DNA of 64,000 nt. Origin: Candidatus Dojkabacteria bacterium. GTDB lineage: Bacteria; Patescibacteriota; Dojkabacteria; SC72; JAHDCA01. Location of the stretch: positions 407,175-471,174 of the forward strand of contig CP129478.1 of the NCBI GenBank assembly GCA_030583845.1. The letters run 5' to 3'. The position numbers were made by a program, and so were the translations under genes. Below are positions 33,501 through 41,064 of the stretch, one piece after another; within the stretch, counting starts at the first letter, position 1, and every line of letters starts with the position of its first letter. The notes below the pieces were generated by a model. The model saw only the letters and a program-made list of their open reading frames with translations, made no database searches and was not told the DNA's origin.

Positions 33501-33634
33501 AGCTAGACGTAAGCTACCCTGACACTTGGGCAATTATTGAAAATGGTGATATGCAGGAGGGAGTCTCTAAGCTGAGCAATAGATATGAACTGGAGAGCGA
33601 CATTGAGGTAGATCTACTGTGGGAGTACCGTTAA
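30596..33634 (+). CDS. large envelope protein: N-terminal NAD-dependent epimerase/dehydratase-like Rossmann domain, one TM, C-terminal DUF4012-like domain
   Basis: 1012 aa. VVIHGANDFGYKL...GSRVIVVDNF (degenerate GxxGxxG). TM IAFFTVGVILLGLVSYFFITPV. C-terminal LILLQNPSELRSTGGWLSSYAILG recalls the DUF4012 signature (from memory, unverified). Confidence 0.5.
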   Translation: MAKDEFKHVKTSTLISVVIHGANDFGYKLSRTLAEQGSRVIVVDNFNKDSKNWVTKLKRLERCDFVDFQGIEELFTTLGRFDYLFYLQNQYLNNTTEFNSTQFLAESNNLNIVLKNAQKYKAKVSLVTTVHFNKIAIENSFRNKDYHPSPYSAEEIQKYSETVTAEFHDKSKLNVRILRLGALLGDKYHTTEDKELSTLIHEGVTKSEIVIQGEGLTNHYLVHPEDAVYGILKLTFTGETNGEVITLAQERPLTTLSIAYKLLELNVSATKIKFAKSKDNDFLFQEIYTPAPFATEYGWSAQRTIDESFTEAIKALYKAENKKWDIEKDREIEIESAAEADKIKTKHTAKVEKTSLGRFFDKILSPFRALFAKIGGNELDVFNFRNIAFFTVGVILLGLVSYFFITPVAVLGIDGYRIARNTKQTYAQIQELDFEGAEETVNSMSNDFERVETSTKRLEWVFIVTRQEELYKNVNQLLFATGYALQGAEDMVSALEPFAMYMKEFEPAVSFGGENRTNPVEYTQYLEQMKENRSKLETASYNLTLASSIVDSLEIQEFPKAIQPRVAELKSMNREASELITPFQKTLIFLPELLGSEGRQRYLILLQNPSELRSTGGWLSSYAILGIENGQVRQLDVDDIYNLDGQLSLADKSYSAPEDMQEALDIDEWSMSTSNWSPHFPTTAENAKFFIQESGKAYEVDGVIALDVTFIQMLLEKWGGIEVQGEDEEVTADNLYSKIFAIHDEFTPGSRQKATFIANLADAVLKKVISSGSDGYRDMSEVFLQALDQKNILITLNNREANQYFSDQGWSGTITEGYVGTPIPVEWNWGANKANLYLEKTHSLNMDIKNEDTVNYTYVLAVKNESEEDKYPEGEYRNWFRVYLPENADVKSVIGFDDDDYTVYLEDRFTVVAGWFTTEIQSTNQVEVNYTLTRDESSTDPFPINIANNSISTEIKLYKQPGIFDDVYQLDVSYPDTWAIIENGDMQEGVSKLSNRYELESDIEVDLLWEYR

Positions 33635-33703
33635 GCTCTTGAATTTGGGAATTCTGAGAACTTTGACAAGTCTGGGATCGCGTGGAAATGGCGCTAAAGG
33701 ATA

Positions 33704-34078
33704 TTAGAAGCTAACTGCCCTATCGATCTCTTCGAGCTGTGCAAAAAGATCTAGCACCTCGTCACTTGAGATTTTGGGGAGCTTGGCAAATCGGCCAATC
33801 TCGTCAATTAGTAGATCGCAATTAACAGGAACTCGGCTGCTCATGCCCATCGGCCTAATAAACGTGGCAATATGATTAGATTTACAATTGCTGCACGAGA
33901 AGTGTATAATACTCGAGAAATTTGACTCCTGAACAATATGAACATCGTCAGTACCATATTCAGTACCGCACCTGTCACAGAATTTCGCAACCGTATCTAT
34001 AAAGTATTTCTTTTTACTATTGGAGGCAGAACCATTTAAGTTGTTACTATTTTTGTGGGTCTTATCGTTATTTTCCAT
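33704..34078 (-). CDS. hypothetical zinc-ribbon protein (CxxC...CxxC), divergent from rpoD
   Basis: 124 aa. CDRCGTEY...CSNCKSN. Lys/Asn-rich N-terminus. Only 32 nt separate its start from the rpoD start. Confidence 0.45.
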   Translation of the reverse strand: MENNDKTHKNSNNLNGSASNSKKKYFIDTVAKFCDRCGTEYGTDDVHIVQESNFSSIIHFSCSNCKSNHIATFIRPMGMSSRVPVNCDLLIDEIGRFAKLPKISSDEVLDLFAQLEEIDRAVSF

Positions 34079-34110
34079 ACTATTTAAAATTATATCATAG
34101 AGAGGTTAAT

Positions 34111-35205
34111 ATGCAGCAAAGAAAAAAAGAGGAAGTAATCAAGCAGCTACTGGTCAAAGGAAGAGACCAGGGTTTCTTAACTCAGGATGATATCCTGATG
34201 GAGGTTCCTCATGCTGAAGATGATCTTGAGCTCCTCGACGAGATTTTCACATTGCTACAAGATGAGTCGATAGCCGTCCTCGAAGGCGAAGAGGTCCAGG
34301 AGACCAGCCGCGACGAGGAGACATTAACACTCGAGAAGAAGATCCGTATCCTCAAGACAATCCAATCAACCATCTCAACCGACGCAATCCGCTCATACCT
34401 GCATGAGATCGGCAAGATCCCTCTATTGACCGCTGAAGAAGAGGTTATCCTAGCCAAGAGAATCGAAGCCGGCGACAGGGAGGCAACCCAATTGCTGATC
34501 ACAGCCAACCTCCGATTGGTAGTGAGCATCGCCAAGAAATATGCAAAGCGTGGCCTCGAGCTACTCGACCTGATCCAGGAAGGCAACATGGGCCTGATGC
34601 GAGCCGTCGAGAAATTCAACTATAAGAAGGGCTTCAAATTCTCCACCTATGCAACTTGGTGGATCCGACAAGCTATCACCCGTGCAATCGCCGACCAGGC
34701 CCGCACGATCCGTATCCCTGTACATATGATCGAGACAATCAACAAATTCAACAAGGTTCAAGCGACTTTAACCAGCAAGCTTGGCCGCAAGCCTACAGAT
34801 GACGAGATCGCCAAAGAGATGGGCATCGACCTCGCAAAGGTCGCCGAGATTAAGAAGATTTCTCAAAACCCAACCTCCCTCTCTACCCCTATCGGCGAGG
34901 ATAAGGAAAACGAGCTTGCAGACATTTTGTCAGATGACTGGTCAAAATCACCTGAGCAGATAGCAACTACCGAGTACCTCCGAAACCAGATGAAGCTTAT
35001 CTTGGACACTCTCCAAGATCGTGAGCGCCGAGTGTTGTCTTTGCGATTTGGTCTGGATGATGGTGTGACTCGAACCTTGGAAGAGGTTGGCCGCGAGTTC
35101 GGTGTAACTCGTGAGCGTATTCGTCAGATCGAAGCAAAAGCCCTGAAGAAGCTTAAAGAGAGGTCTATGCAGAAGCAGTTGGAGGATTATATATCTATCG
35201 ATTAG
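34111..35205 (+). CDS. rpoD: RNA polymerase sigma factor RpoD/SigA (regions 1.2, 2, 3, 4)
   Basis: 364 aa. [20 protein letters not shown], ...[16 protein letters not shown]...[24 protein letters not shown], and a region 4 [30 protein letters not shown]. Confidence 0.92.
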   Translation: MQQRKKEEVIKQLLVKGRDQGFLTQDDILMEVPHAEDDLELLDEIFTLLQDESIAVLEGEEVQETSRDEETLTLEKKIRILKTIQSTISTDAIRSYLHEIGKIPLLTAEEEVILAKRIEAGDREATQLLITANLRLVVSIAKKYAKRGLELLDLIQEGNMGLMRAVEKFNYKKGFKFSTYATWWIRQAITRAIADQARTIRIPVHMIETINKFNKVQATLTSKLGRKPTDDEIAKEMGIDLAKVAEIKKISQNPTSLSTPIGEDKENELADILSDDWSKSPEQIATTEYLRNQMKLILDTLQDRERRVLSLRFGLDDGVTRTLEEVGREFGVTRERIRQIEAKALKKLKERSMQKQLEDYISID

Positions 35206-35288
35206 GTTTCCTGATTTTCTCGCTCGAGGTGAGCTTGGGTCGAAATATAAATGCCAAGCTCAATTCTCGCTCTAAATTCAGGAAACCT
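35205..35288 (+). repeat. compound hairpin starting at the rpoD stop codon: 11-bp outer stem AGGTTTCCTGA/TCAGGAAACCT enclosing an inner GAGCTTGG...CCAAGCTC stem (same 35-nt core as 29412-29447)
   Basis: Read directly. A degenerate third copy lacking the central 24 nt is at 35466-35490 (CGAGGTGAGCT|CAATTCTCACTC). Confidence 0.6.
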
Positions 35289-35588
35289 AACATGGGTTGC
35301 AGAACGAAAAGTCTCGCTCACAAGTCACCAAAATTAGCATGCCGTTGCATAAATGGTGGCTCACTTACACAAGTAACGTGAGGGCAATGACCTCCATAGC
35401 GAAGAGGAGTAATATACACGAGACTTGGGAACCACGTCGAAGAATTCTGCTTCCACGAAGCTTCATTCGAGGTGAGCTCAATTCTCACTCACAAGACTTG
35501 TAGGTTAACAGAGGGATATACGAACAAGGTATTCATCAGTGACGTGGGGGAAGATTTTCGAGACTTTGCTCGCAACGTCGAGAAAATT

Positions 35589-35879
35589 TTACTCCACTTC
35601 ACTTTTAAGTTCTTCGATTCTCTGCAGCGTTTCCTCTTCAATCTTCAGAAGATCCTCTGGGGGGACCTCTAAATTATCCGTTCTGGTTTCAATCTCGTCC
35701 AAGATTTCCGAGTCGAAGCTGCTGCTAATCGGGCGAAGCTGAGATTCAACACCCGGAGTCACCTCAACAGAAGAAACAGTATCGTACAAAGTGATTCCTG
35801 ACCAGGCGATAGCCACGACTGTCAGGAGCACAATTATGAGTGTCAAAAAGACTCTATTCATAGAAGAGCGGGTCATCAA
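35589..35879 (-). CDS. small membrane protein (possible pilus-assembly accessory, PilP-like position)
   Basis: 96 aa with an N-terminal TM. Overlaps the upstream pilO-like gene by 26 nt. No diagnostic motif. Confidence 0.35.
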   Translation of the reverse strand: MMTRSSMNRVFLTLIIVLLTVVAIAWSGITLYDTVSSVEVTPGVESQLRPISSSFDSEILDEIETRTDNLEVPPEDLLKIEEETLQRIEELKSEVE

Positions 35880-36462
35880 TCTTATATATCAAAATCGATA
35901 TAGAGGCGCGGATATTTCCATCGGAATCCTCCTCTGTCGAGTAGGTGATTTTGTCGATGATTGGGTACATTGGCATCGCCTCGATATCCTTCATGAATGG
36001 GATGATGTCTTCCTCCTTACCAATCACAGTTATGTTTGCCCTCCAGTTCTCAAGAACCACGGTCTGGATTGGAGGCTCGCGGTCGGGCTCGTCGAAGCTG
36101 ATATTGTTGAGCACGAAATTATTCTTCTCGGCCAGGCCCTCAATATTGGACATAAATAGGCTAAAGTCGCCGGTGTGCGGGAAGATCAGGGTCACTTCCT
36201 TGGCTGTATCCTCGAATTGTGTAAATTGAGCATAAAGTGAGCCAATTGCATTTATCTTTGCCTCGAGCTGCTCTTTATACTGCCTTTTGGTCTTGATCTC
36301 ACTCTGAACACGGATGATCGTGGCCACCGATGGGCGGATTGCGAATACGACGCAGATAATTACAACAATAAAGGTAAAGACTGTAAACCCATACACCTTC
36401 TTCTTGGAATCCTTGATGGATTCAACCTGTTCGATTATTTTTTGGTCTTTTTCAATTGCCAT
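35854..36462 (-). CDS. PilO-like type IV pilus assembly protein (N-terminal TM plus coiled coil)
   Basis: 202 aa. Short cytoplasmic N-terminus, TM FTVFTFIVVIICVVFAI, then a coiled coil QSEIKTKRQYKEQLEAKINAI. The TAATG overlap with the upstream pilN-like gene indicates translational coupling. Confidence 0.45.
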   Translation of the reverse strand: MAIEKDQKIIEQVESIKDSKKKVYGFTVFTFIVVIICVVFAIRPSVATIIRVQSEIKTKRQYKEQLEAKINAIGSLYAQFTQFEDTAKEVTLIFPHTGDFSLFMSNIEGLAEKNNFVLNNISFDEPDREPPIQTVVLENWRANITVIGKEEDIIPFMKDIEAMPMYPIIDKITYSTEEDSDGNIRASISILIYKIDDPLFYE

Positions 36463-37082
36463 TAGTTTGATGCCTCCGATGGAGCTGAGGTGTCGCTTGC
36501 AGCAGCAGCGCTTTCTGCAGCCTCCTCCTGATTTATATTAAAACCAACCGAGAACTCGATCTTATTGCTTGAGCTACCCGATTTATTGAGCAACACCTTG
36601 AGACTACTCTGGTCATAATTTGGATTTTTCTTGAGCAATGATTCATAGCCTTGAACTGCCTGGAAATCATTAGCGATGAAATTCATCGACACCCTACCTC
36701 CAACATACGACATGTCCACTAATTCAACATCAGACGGCACGCTTTCTGTAATTGAAGCGACCACGGTAGAGTTTTTCTGCTGCTCGGCCGAAATCCTATT
36801 CATATCCGAGAGAAGTCTGTGCCAGTTGTTATATTTAATCTCATTATTTCTGAAGAAGTCGTCAGCAAGTGTTGCAGACATTGTGTTAACCTCGCCGGTG
36901 AGGTCGTTGTTAATGCGGTCAAACGCAAATCTGAATCCGAATACTACCAATACTATGCCTAGAACTGCGATTAGGATATATTTGCCGAAGCTAAAAAGCC
37001 ACTCGTAAAGCCTCTCCCAAGAGTCCTCCGGGGTGTTTACGGGGGTGAGCAGGTTTATTGATTGTGGGACCTCATTGGCCAT
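36462..37082 (-). CDS. PilN-like type IV pilus assembly protein
   Basis: 206 aa. N-terminal cytoplasmic segment QSINLLTPVNTPEDSWERLYEW (PilM-binding-type N-terminus), a TM, and a periplasmic domain. Architecture matches PilN. Confidence 0.45.
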   Translation of the reverse strand: MANEVPQSINLLTPVNTPEDSWERLYEWLFSFGKYILIAVLGIVLVVFGFRFAFDRINNDLTGEVNTMSATLADDFFRNNEIKYNNWHRLLSDMNRISAEQQKNSTVVASITESVPSDVELVDMSYVGGRVSMNFIANDFQAVQGYESLLKKNPNYDQSSLKVLLNKSGSSSNKIEFSVGFNINQEEAAESAAAASDTSAPSEASN

Positions 37083-37163
37083 GTCTGGGCAGTACGAAAT
37101 CTAACTATAAAAAGTATAAAGAAAAGTCGAGATTTAAACAACTATACGGGTCAGCCCTCCGCA

Positions 37164-37197
37164 GGGCGTCCGACCACTTCAAAGTGGTCGGACGCCC
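37164..37197. terminator. near-perfect 15/16-bp hairpin GGGCGTCCGACCACTT-CA-AAGTGGTCGGACGCCC in the intergenic region upstream of pilN
   Basis: Read directly. An overlapping alternative small stem GCCCTCCGCAGGGC (37152-37168) allows mutually exclusive folds. Confidence 0.6.
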
Positions 37198-37413
37198 TGG
37201 TTCGTATTACGCTACTCTGGGCTGGAAAGTCGGGGTTTGTTACAATGGAATTAATAAGCTGATTAAGAATCTTAAATGGATTTAATAATAGATCACCTAC
37301 TTTATTTTGCGGTAACACTTGGGATCGGCTTCGCGCTAGGCTGGAAGCTGAAACCATCAGAAAGTCACCAAAAGGAAGAGGAAAAAGTTCGGGAGTAAGC
37401 CTGATCTAGAATT

Positions 37414-37437
37414 GCTCGGACCCGATCGGGTCCGAGC
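37414..37437 (-). terminator. perfect 24-nt palindrome GCTCGGACCCGATCGGGTCCGAGC, 18 nt after the stop of the 37455..38390 gene
   Basis: Read directly. On the minus strand it is followed by AAUUCUAGAUC, a weak U-tract. Confidence 0.5.
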
Positions 37438-37454
37438 ATTAAGGTCTGAGCTAG

Positions 37455-38390
37455 TTACAGAGGGTTTACACCTACAGCCGGGGTGAATGTAATATCAAGA
37501 CTTCTAGCTACTTCATCGCATATCGTATATCCAGGATCATCGTCACAAGACATCCAAACCCACTTAGCATCCCCATCATAAGAAATTTGGAGTGCACTCG
37601 GACCACACGGTGCTGGAACGTTCTCTCCCATAACCAAGCATGTGCCAGACATTGTTAGGTCGGAAACATAATTTGTATCCAGAGTTGCTGTTCCAATAGA
37701 CTCATGTCTATGGATTATCCCTATGTTCGGATTTTGTGCTACTTCAGTCAACGCGACACCCTCGAATGAGCCACTAAAGCCTTCATACCAGACAGAGAAT
37801 TTTAAATCTGTATTACCAGCGCCAAGAAGCAACTTTCCTACCTCTGGGGAGCTATCTGAGTCTGGCCCATTCTGCTGTACCACAAAGTCAGAACGGGACG
37901 AAGTAAACACTACATCATATTGACCCAATGCTTCTCCCGTGCCGAGCTCATATGTATAGAATGTATAATCATAGGCAGTAAGTTCTGGCTCATCCACCGG
38001 TGGTGTAGTTTCGTCATCTTCATCGTCCGTACTTTCATCTGTACCCTCATCTGTTGTATCCTCGTTCTCGTCTTCGTCATCCTCAACATCTACGACAATC
38101 GTGGGATTATTATCCTCTTGAGATTGCTGATACATCGTGTAACCTATGTAGCCAAGCAATCCAAGCAGAAGTAACAGAATCACCAACAATAGAACCATCA
38201 TTTTCTTCTTTTTCTTAGCTTCATCATCGGTAGGTGTCTTAACATCTCCTGCTGGAGTGTTTGTATCTGCATCGAAAGCTGGAGTTTCTACAGCTGTATC
38301 CTTTACACTGTCCATCTGAGGTTTATCTGAGACTGGCGCTGCGCTATTTACAACTGTACCACCCTGCTTTGTACTCTCTTTCGGATCCAT
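37455..38390 (-). CDS. hypothetical membrane-anchored protein (acidic linker, C-terminal Cys-containing domain)
   Basis: 311 aa. KKKKKMMVLLLVILLLLLGLLGYIGY (TM). A long D/E/T-rich acidic tract. C-terminal domain with 6 Cys. Confidence 0.5.
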   Translation of the reverse strand: MDPKESTKQGGTVVNSAAPVSDKPQMDSVKDTAVETPAFDADTNTPAGDVKTPTDDEAKKKKKMMVLLLVILLLLLGLLGYIGYTMYQQSQEDNNPTIVVDVEDDEDENEDTTDEGTDESTDDEDDETTPPVDEPELTAYDYTFYTYELGTGEALGQYDVVFTSSRSDFVVQQNGPDSDSSPEVGKLLLGAGNTDLKFSVWYEGFSGSFEGVALTEVAQNPNIGIIHRHESIGTATLDTNYVSDLTMSGTCLVMGENVPAPCGPSALQISYDGDAKWVWMSCDDDPGYTICDEVARSLDITFTPAVGVNPL

Positions 38391-38612
38391 ATGCTAATTA
38401 ATGAAATCTTAACTACTTCATACTACGAGTTTTGAACAGAAATGTCACTCGACTGGCAGCACCTTCAAAAAAGCTCTGCAGTAATGTAAAATCACTCCTA
38501 GTAAAATATTAAATTTCCTCCCGCAGAAAATAACCATTTATCACAAGCCCCAACTACCCCGCAGAAGATATTTATAGGTGTATCCTGGCCATACGCCAGC
38601 GGCAACATCCAT

Positions 38613-40346
38613 ATGGGTCACCTCGCTGGGCAGTATGTTGTTTGCGACATATTTGCGAGATACCACAGGCTAAAAGGAAATCAGGTGTTGATGGTGTCAG
38701 GGAGTGACTGCCATGGAGCACCGGTCGAATTTAAAGCAGAAGAACAAGGAATTTCCCCAGAAGAATTGGCGCAGAAATCTCACGACACAATCCTTGATAC
38801 ATATAAGAGACTAGGCTTCCTATACGAGTGTTACACAAAAACCGCTACAGAAAACCATAAGGTCGTCGCACAAAATCTTTTCACGGTACTCAAAGAAAAC
38901 GGATATTTAATCACCCAGACCTCGAAACAGTACTACGACCCGAAGGTTGACCGCTTCCTCCCCGACCGCTATGTCCGTGGTACATGCCCAAACTGCAAGG
39001 CAACAAACGCCCGCGGCGACGAATGCCCAGAGTGTGGCACATACCTAGAGCCAGAGCAGCTAATCGACCCATACAGCACCCTATCCGATGCCACTCCAAT
39101 TATGAAAGAAACCGAGCACTTCTATGTCGACCTTAAATCGCTCGAGCCAAAACTACAAGAGTATGCAGACGCAACAAGCAAAAACTGGCGCAAATGGGTT
39201 CGCGAGTTCTCGCTTGGATGGCTAAGGCAGGGATTAGAGCCCCGCCCTATCACACGAGATACCACATACGGAGTTCCAGTACCTGTCGAGGGCTGGGAGA
39301 AGAAATCGATGTATGTCTGGTTTGAGGCAGTCATCGGCTACCTGTCAGCCGCTATCGAGTGGGCAGACAATCAGGGCGAGCCTGGCAAGTGGCAGGACTT
39401 CTGGAAAAATCCCGAGGCTAAGCACTACTACTTCATCGCAGGCGGCAATGTTCCGTTCCATACGATCATGTGGCCAGGTGAAATCATCGGCTACAACGAG
39501 AAATATCAGAATGATGCCTTATATGAAGCCAATAAGCTTCCAGGCGAGGATAGTAAAGAGCCTCTGCAGCTGCCTTTTGATGTGCCTGCGAACAATATGC
39601 TTTTCTACCGCGGCAAGAAGATGTCAAAGGGTGATGGAACAGGAATTACAGTAGATCAGATCTTGGATCTCTTTGGACCGGATGCGCTGCGGTTCTTCTT
39701 TGCGAGATATGCCCCCGAGAATCAGGACCGCGAGTTTATCTGGAAAGACTTTATTGATGCAAATAATAATGAGCTGGTTGCAAATCTTGGTAATTTCATT
39801 AACCGTACTTTGATATTTGTGGAGAGGTATTTTGAGGGTCGAGTGCCGGAAGGGAGCTTGGATGCAGAAGTCGAGAAAGCAGTTAGATCTGCATTTAATG
39901 AAGTTGGTGGTGCAATCGAGAAGGCCAAGTTTGTGAAAGCCACAGAAGAGCTCTTAGCATTGGGTTTCTTTGCAAATAAATACTTTAATGACAGCGAGCC
40001 ATGGGTTGCGGTGAAAGATGACTCAAGCAAAGCCGCTCAGACCATTCACAATTGTGTACAGATTGTGAACGCGTTCCGGGTGCTGCTAAAGCCATTTACT
40101 CCATTTGCTGCTGATAAACTCTCAGATATGCTGAACTACACCAATATAAAGCGTGACCAAGAGTATATTTACGATGCCAACGCCGATCTTGAGCGAACCG
40201 GGAAAGTAAGTCACCTTATCGATACCTGGTTTGTTAAGAAAGATACCAACGATCTACCTGTCGGCCATCAGATTGGGAAGGCTGAGATCTTGTTCCCGAA
40301 GTTTGAGTATAGCGAGGAGCTAGAGAAGCAGGACAAAGGGGAATAG
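38613..40346 (+). CDS. metG: methionyl-tRNA synthetase (coordinates from first ATG; conserved N-terminus continues upstream in-frame to about 38505 with no canonical start codon)
   Basis: The frame upstream of the ATG encodes ...QKIFIGVSWPYASGNIHMGHLAG, the class I PYANG..HIGH region. Zinc knuckle CPNCKATNARGDECPECG. KMSKS as KMSKGDGTG. Confidence 0.9.
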   Translation: MGHLAGQYVVCDIFARYHRLKGNQVLMVSGSDCHGAPVEFKAEEQGISPEELAQKSHDTILDTYKRLGFLYECYTKTATENHKVVAQNLFTVLKENGYLITQTSKQYYDPKVDRFLPDRYVRGTCPNCKATNARGDECPECGTYLEPEQLIDPYSTLSDATPIMKETEHFYVDLKSLEPKLQEYADATSKNWRKWVREFSLGWLRQGLEPRPITRDTTYGVPVPVEGWEKKSMYVWFEAVIGYLSAAIEWADNQGEPGKWQDFWKNPEAKHYYFIAGGNVPFHTIMWPGEIIGYNEKYQNDALYEANKLPGEDSKEPLQLPFDVPANNMLFYRGKKMSKGDGTGITVDQILDLFGPDALRFFFARYAPENQDREFIWKDFIDANNNELVANLGNFINRTLIFVERYFEGRVPEGSLDAEVEKAVRSAFNEVGGAIEKAKFVKATEELLALGFFANKYFNDSEPWVAVKDDSSKAAQTIHNCVQIVNAFRVLLKPFTPFAADKLSDMLNYTNIKRDQEYIYDANADLERTGKVSHLIDTWFVKKDTNDLPVGHQIGKAEILFPKFEYSEELEKQDKGE

Positions 40347-40351
40347 CAAAA

Positions 40352-41032
40352 TCAATTCTCTATTATCGACATTTTATTAGATTGTATTCGCACTACTTTT
40401 CCAAGATTCACATGTGCGCGAACTACTCCTGTTGAACCATATATAGGCGTACTACCTTTATATCTATCACCCCAATTCTTACCTCCACAGAGTTGAAAAA
40501 TAACAGCGCAATACTGTCCCTTTTCCAGTAATTTATTTAGCAAATCATCAACTCTGACAAGCGGACCATCAGTCGCACCTACTTTCAGGACAGTCGAAGG
40601 CAATCCTAAGAAACCACCAATTGAACCACCATGACCCGATACCACTAGAAGTGGCTTATCACTAGACCGTACATCTTGTTCCAGCATTCTCATAGCTTTT
40701 TCGTTAATAACTCCTTTCGGCTTAAATAAACCAACGATTATCTCTTTAACCGGCTCGCCTTGTAGATCTTGCCACATTTGATCTGCAGTATCATCTACCC
40801 TAGATATTTCACGCCTTATTATCCCATGCACTTCTGCCTCTTCGATTGGAGATCCCTTCTTTTCGATCCCAATATTAATGTAGGTTACAGGCACATCATT
40901 TACCCCGGCTAACTCAGGCAGGCGCAAACCACTCACCGTGAAAATCATAAGACCATTATATGTCTCGGCCGTAGCTCTAGTTTCAAGTTTCTGTGTGGGC
41001 ATATAGGATCCACCACTCGTTTCTCCCGACAT
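40352..41032 (-). CDS. hypothetical protein with caspase-like (clan CD, C14-type) His/Cys dyad arrangement
   Basis: 226 aa. LLVVSGHGGSIGGFLG (hydrophobic block-His-Gly) and, about 48 residues later, CAVIFQLCGG (hydrophobic block-Q-x-Cys-G-G), resembling caspase-3 IVLLSHGEEG...KLFIIQACRG in spacing and context. Confidence 0.4.
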   Translation of the reverse strand: MSGETSGGSYMPTQKLETRATAETYNGLMIFTVSGLRLPELAGVNDVPVTYINIGIEKKGSPIEEAEVHGIIRREISRVDDTADQMWQDLQGEPVKEIIVGLFKPKGVINEKAMRMLEQDVRSSDKPLLVVSGHGGSIGGFLGLPSTVLKVGATDGPLVRVDDLLNKLLEKGQYCAVIFQLCGGKNWGDRYKGSTPIYGSTGVVRAHVNLGKVVRIQSNKMSIIEN

Positions 41033-41064
41033 CTTTTAGATCTTTCGCAAGTTATTCTATAGTT

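Noticed and set aside
35297-35742. Three 66-68-aa ORFs in the rpoD-downstream intergenic region
   Set aside because: Overlap repeat elements. No RBS. Arbitrary composition.
37277-37399. 40-aa hydrophobic ORF (MDLIIDHLLYFAVTLGIGFALGW…) between the two palindromes
   Set aside because: No Shine-Dalgarno, no conservation evidence, and very short. Possibly a real small membrane peptide but unsupported.
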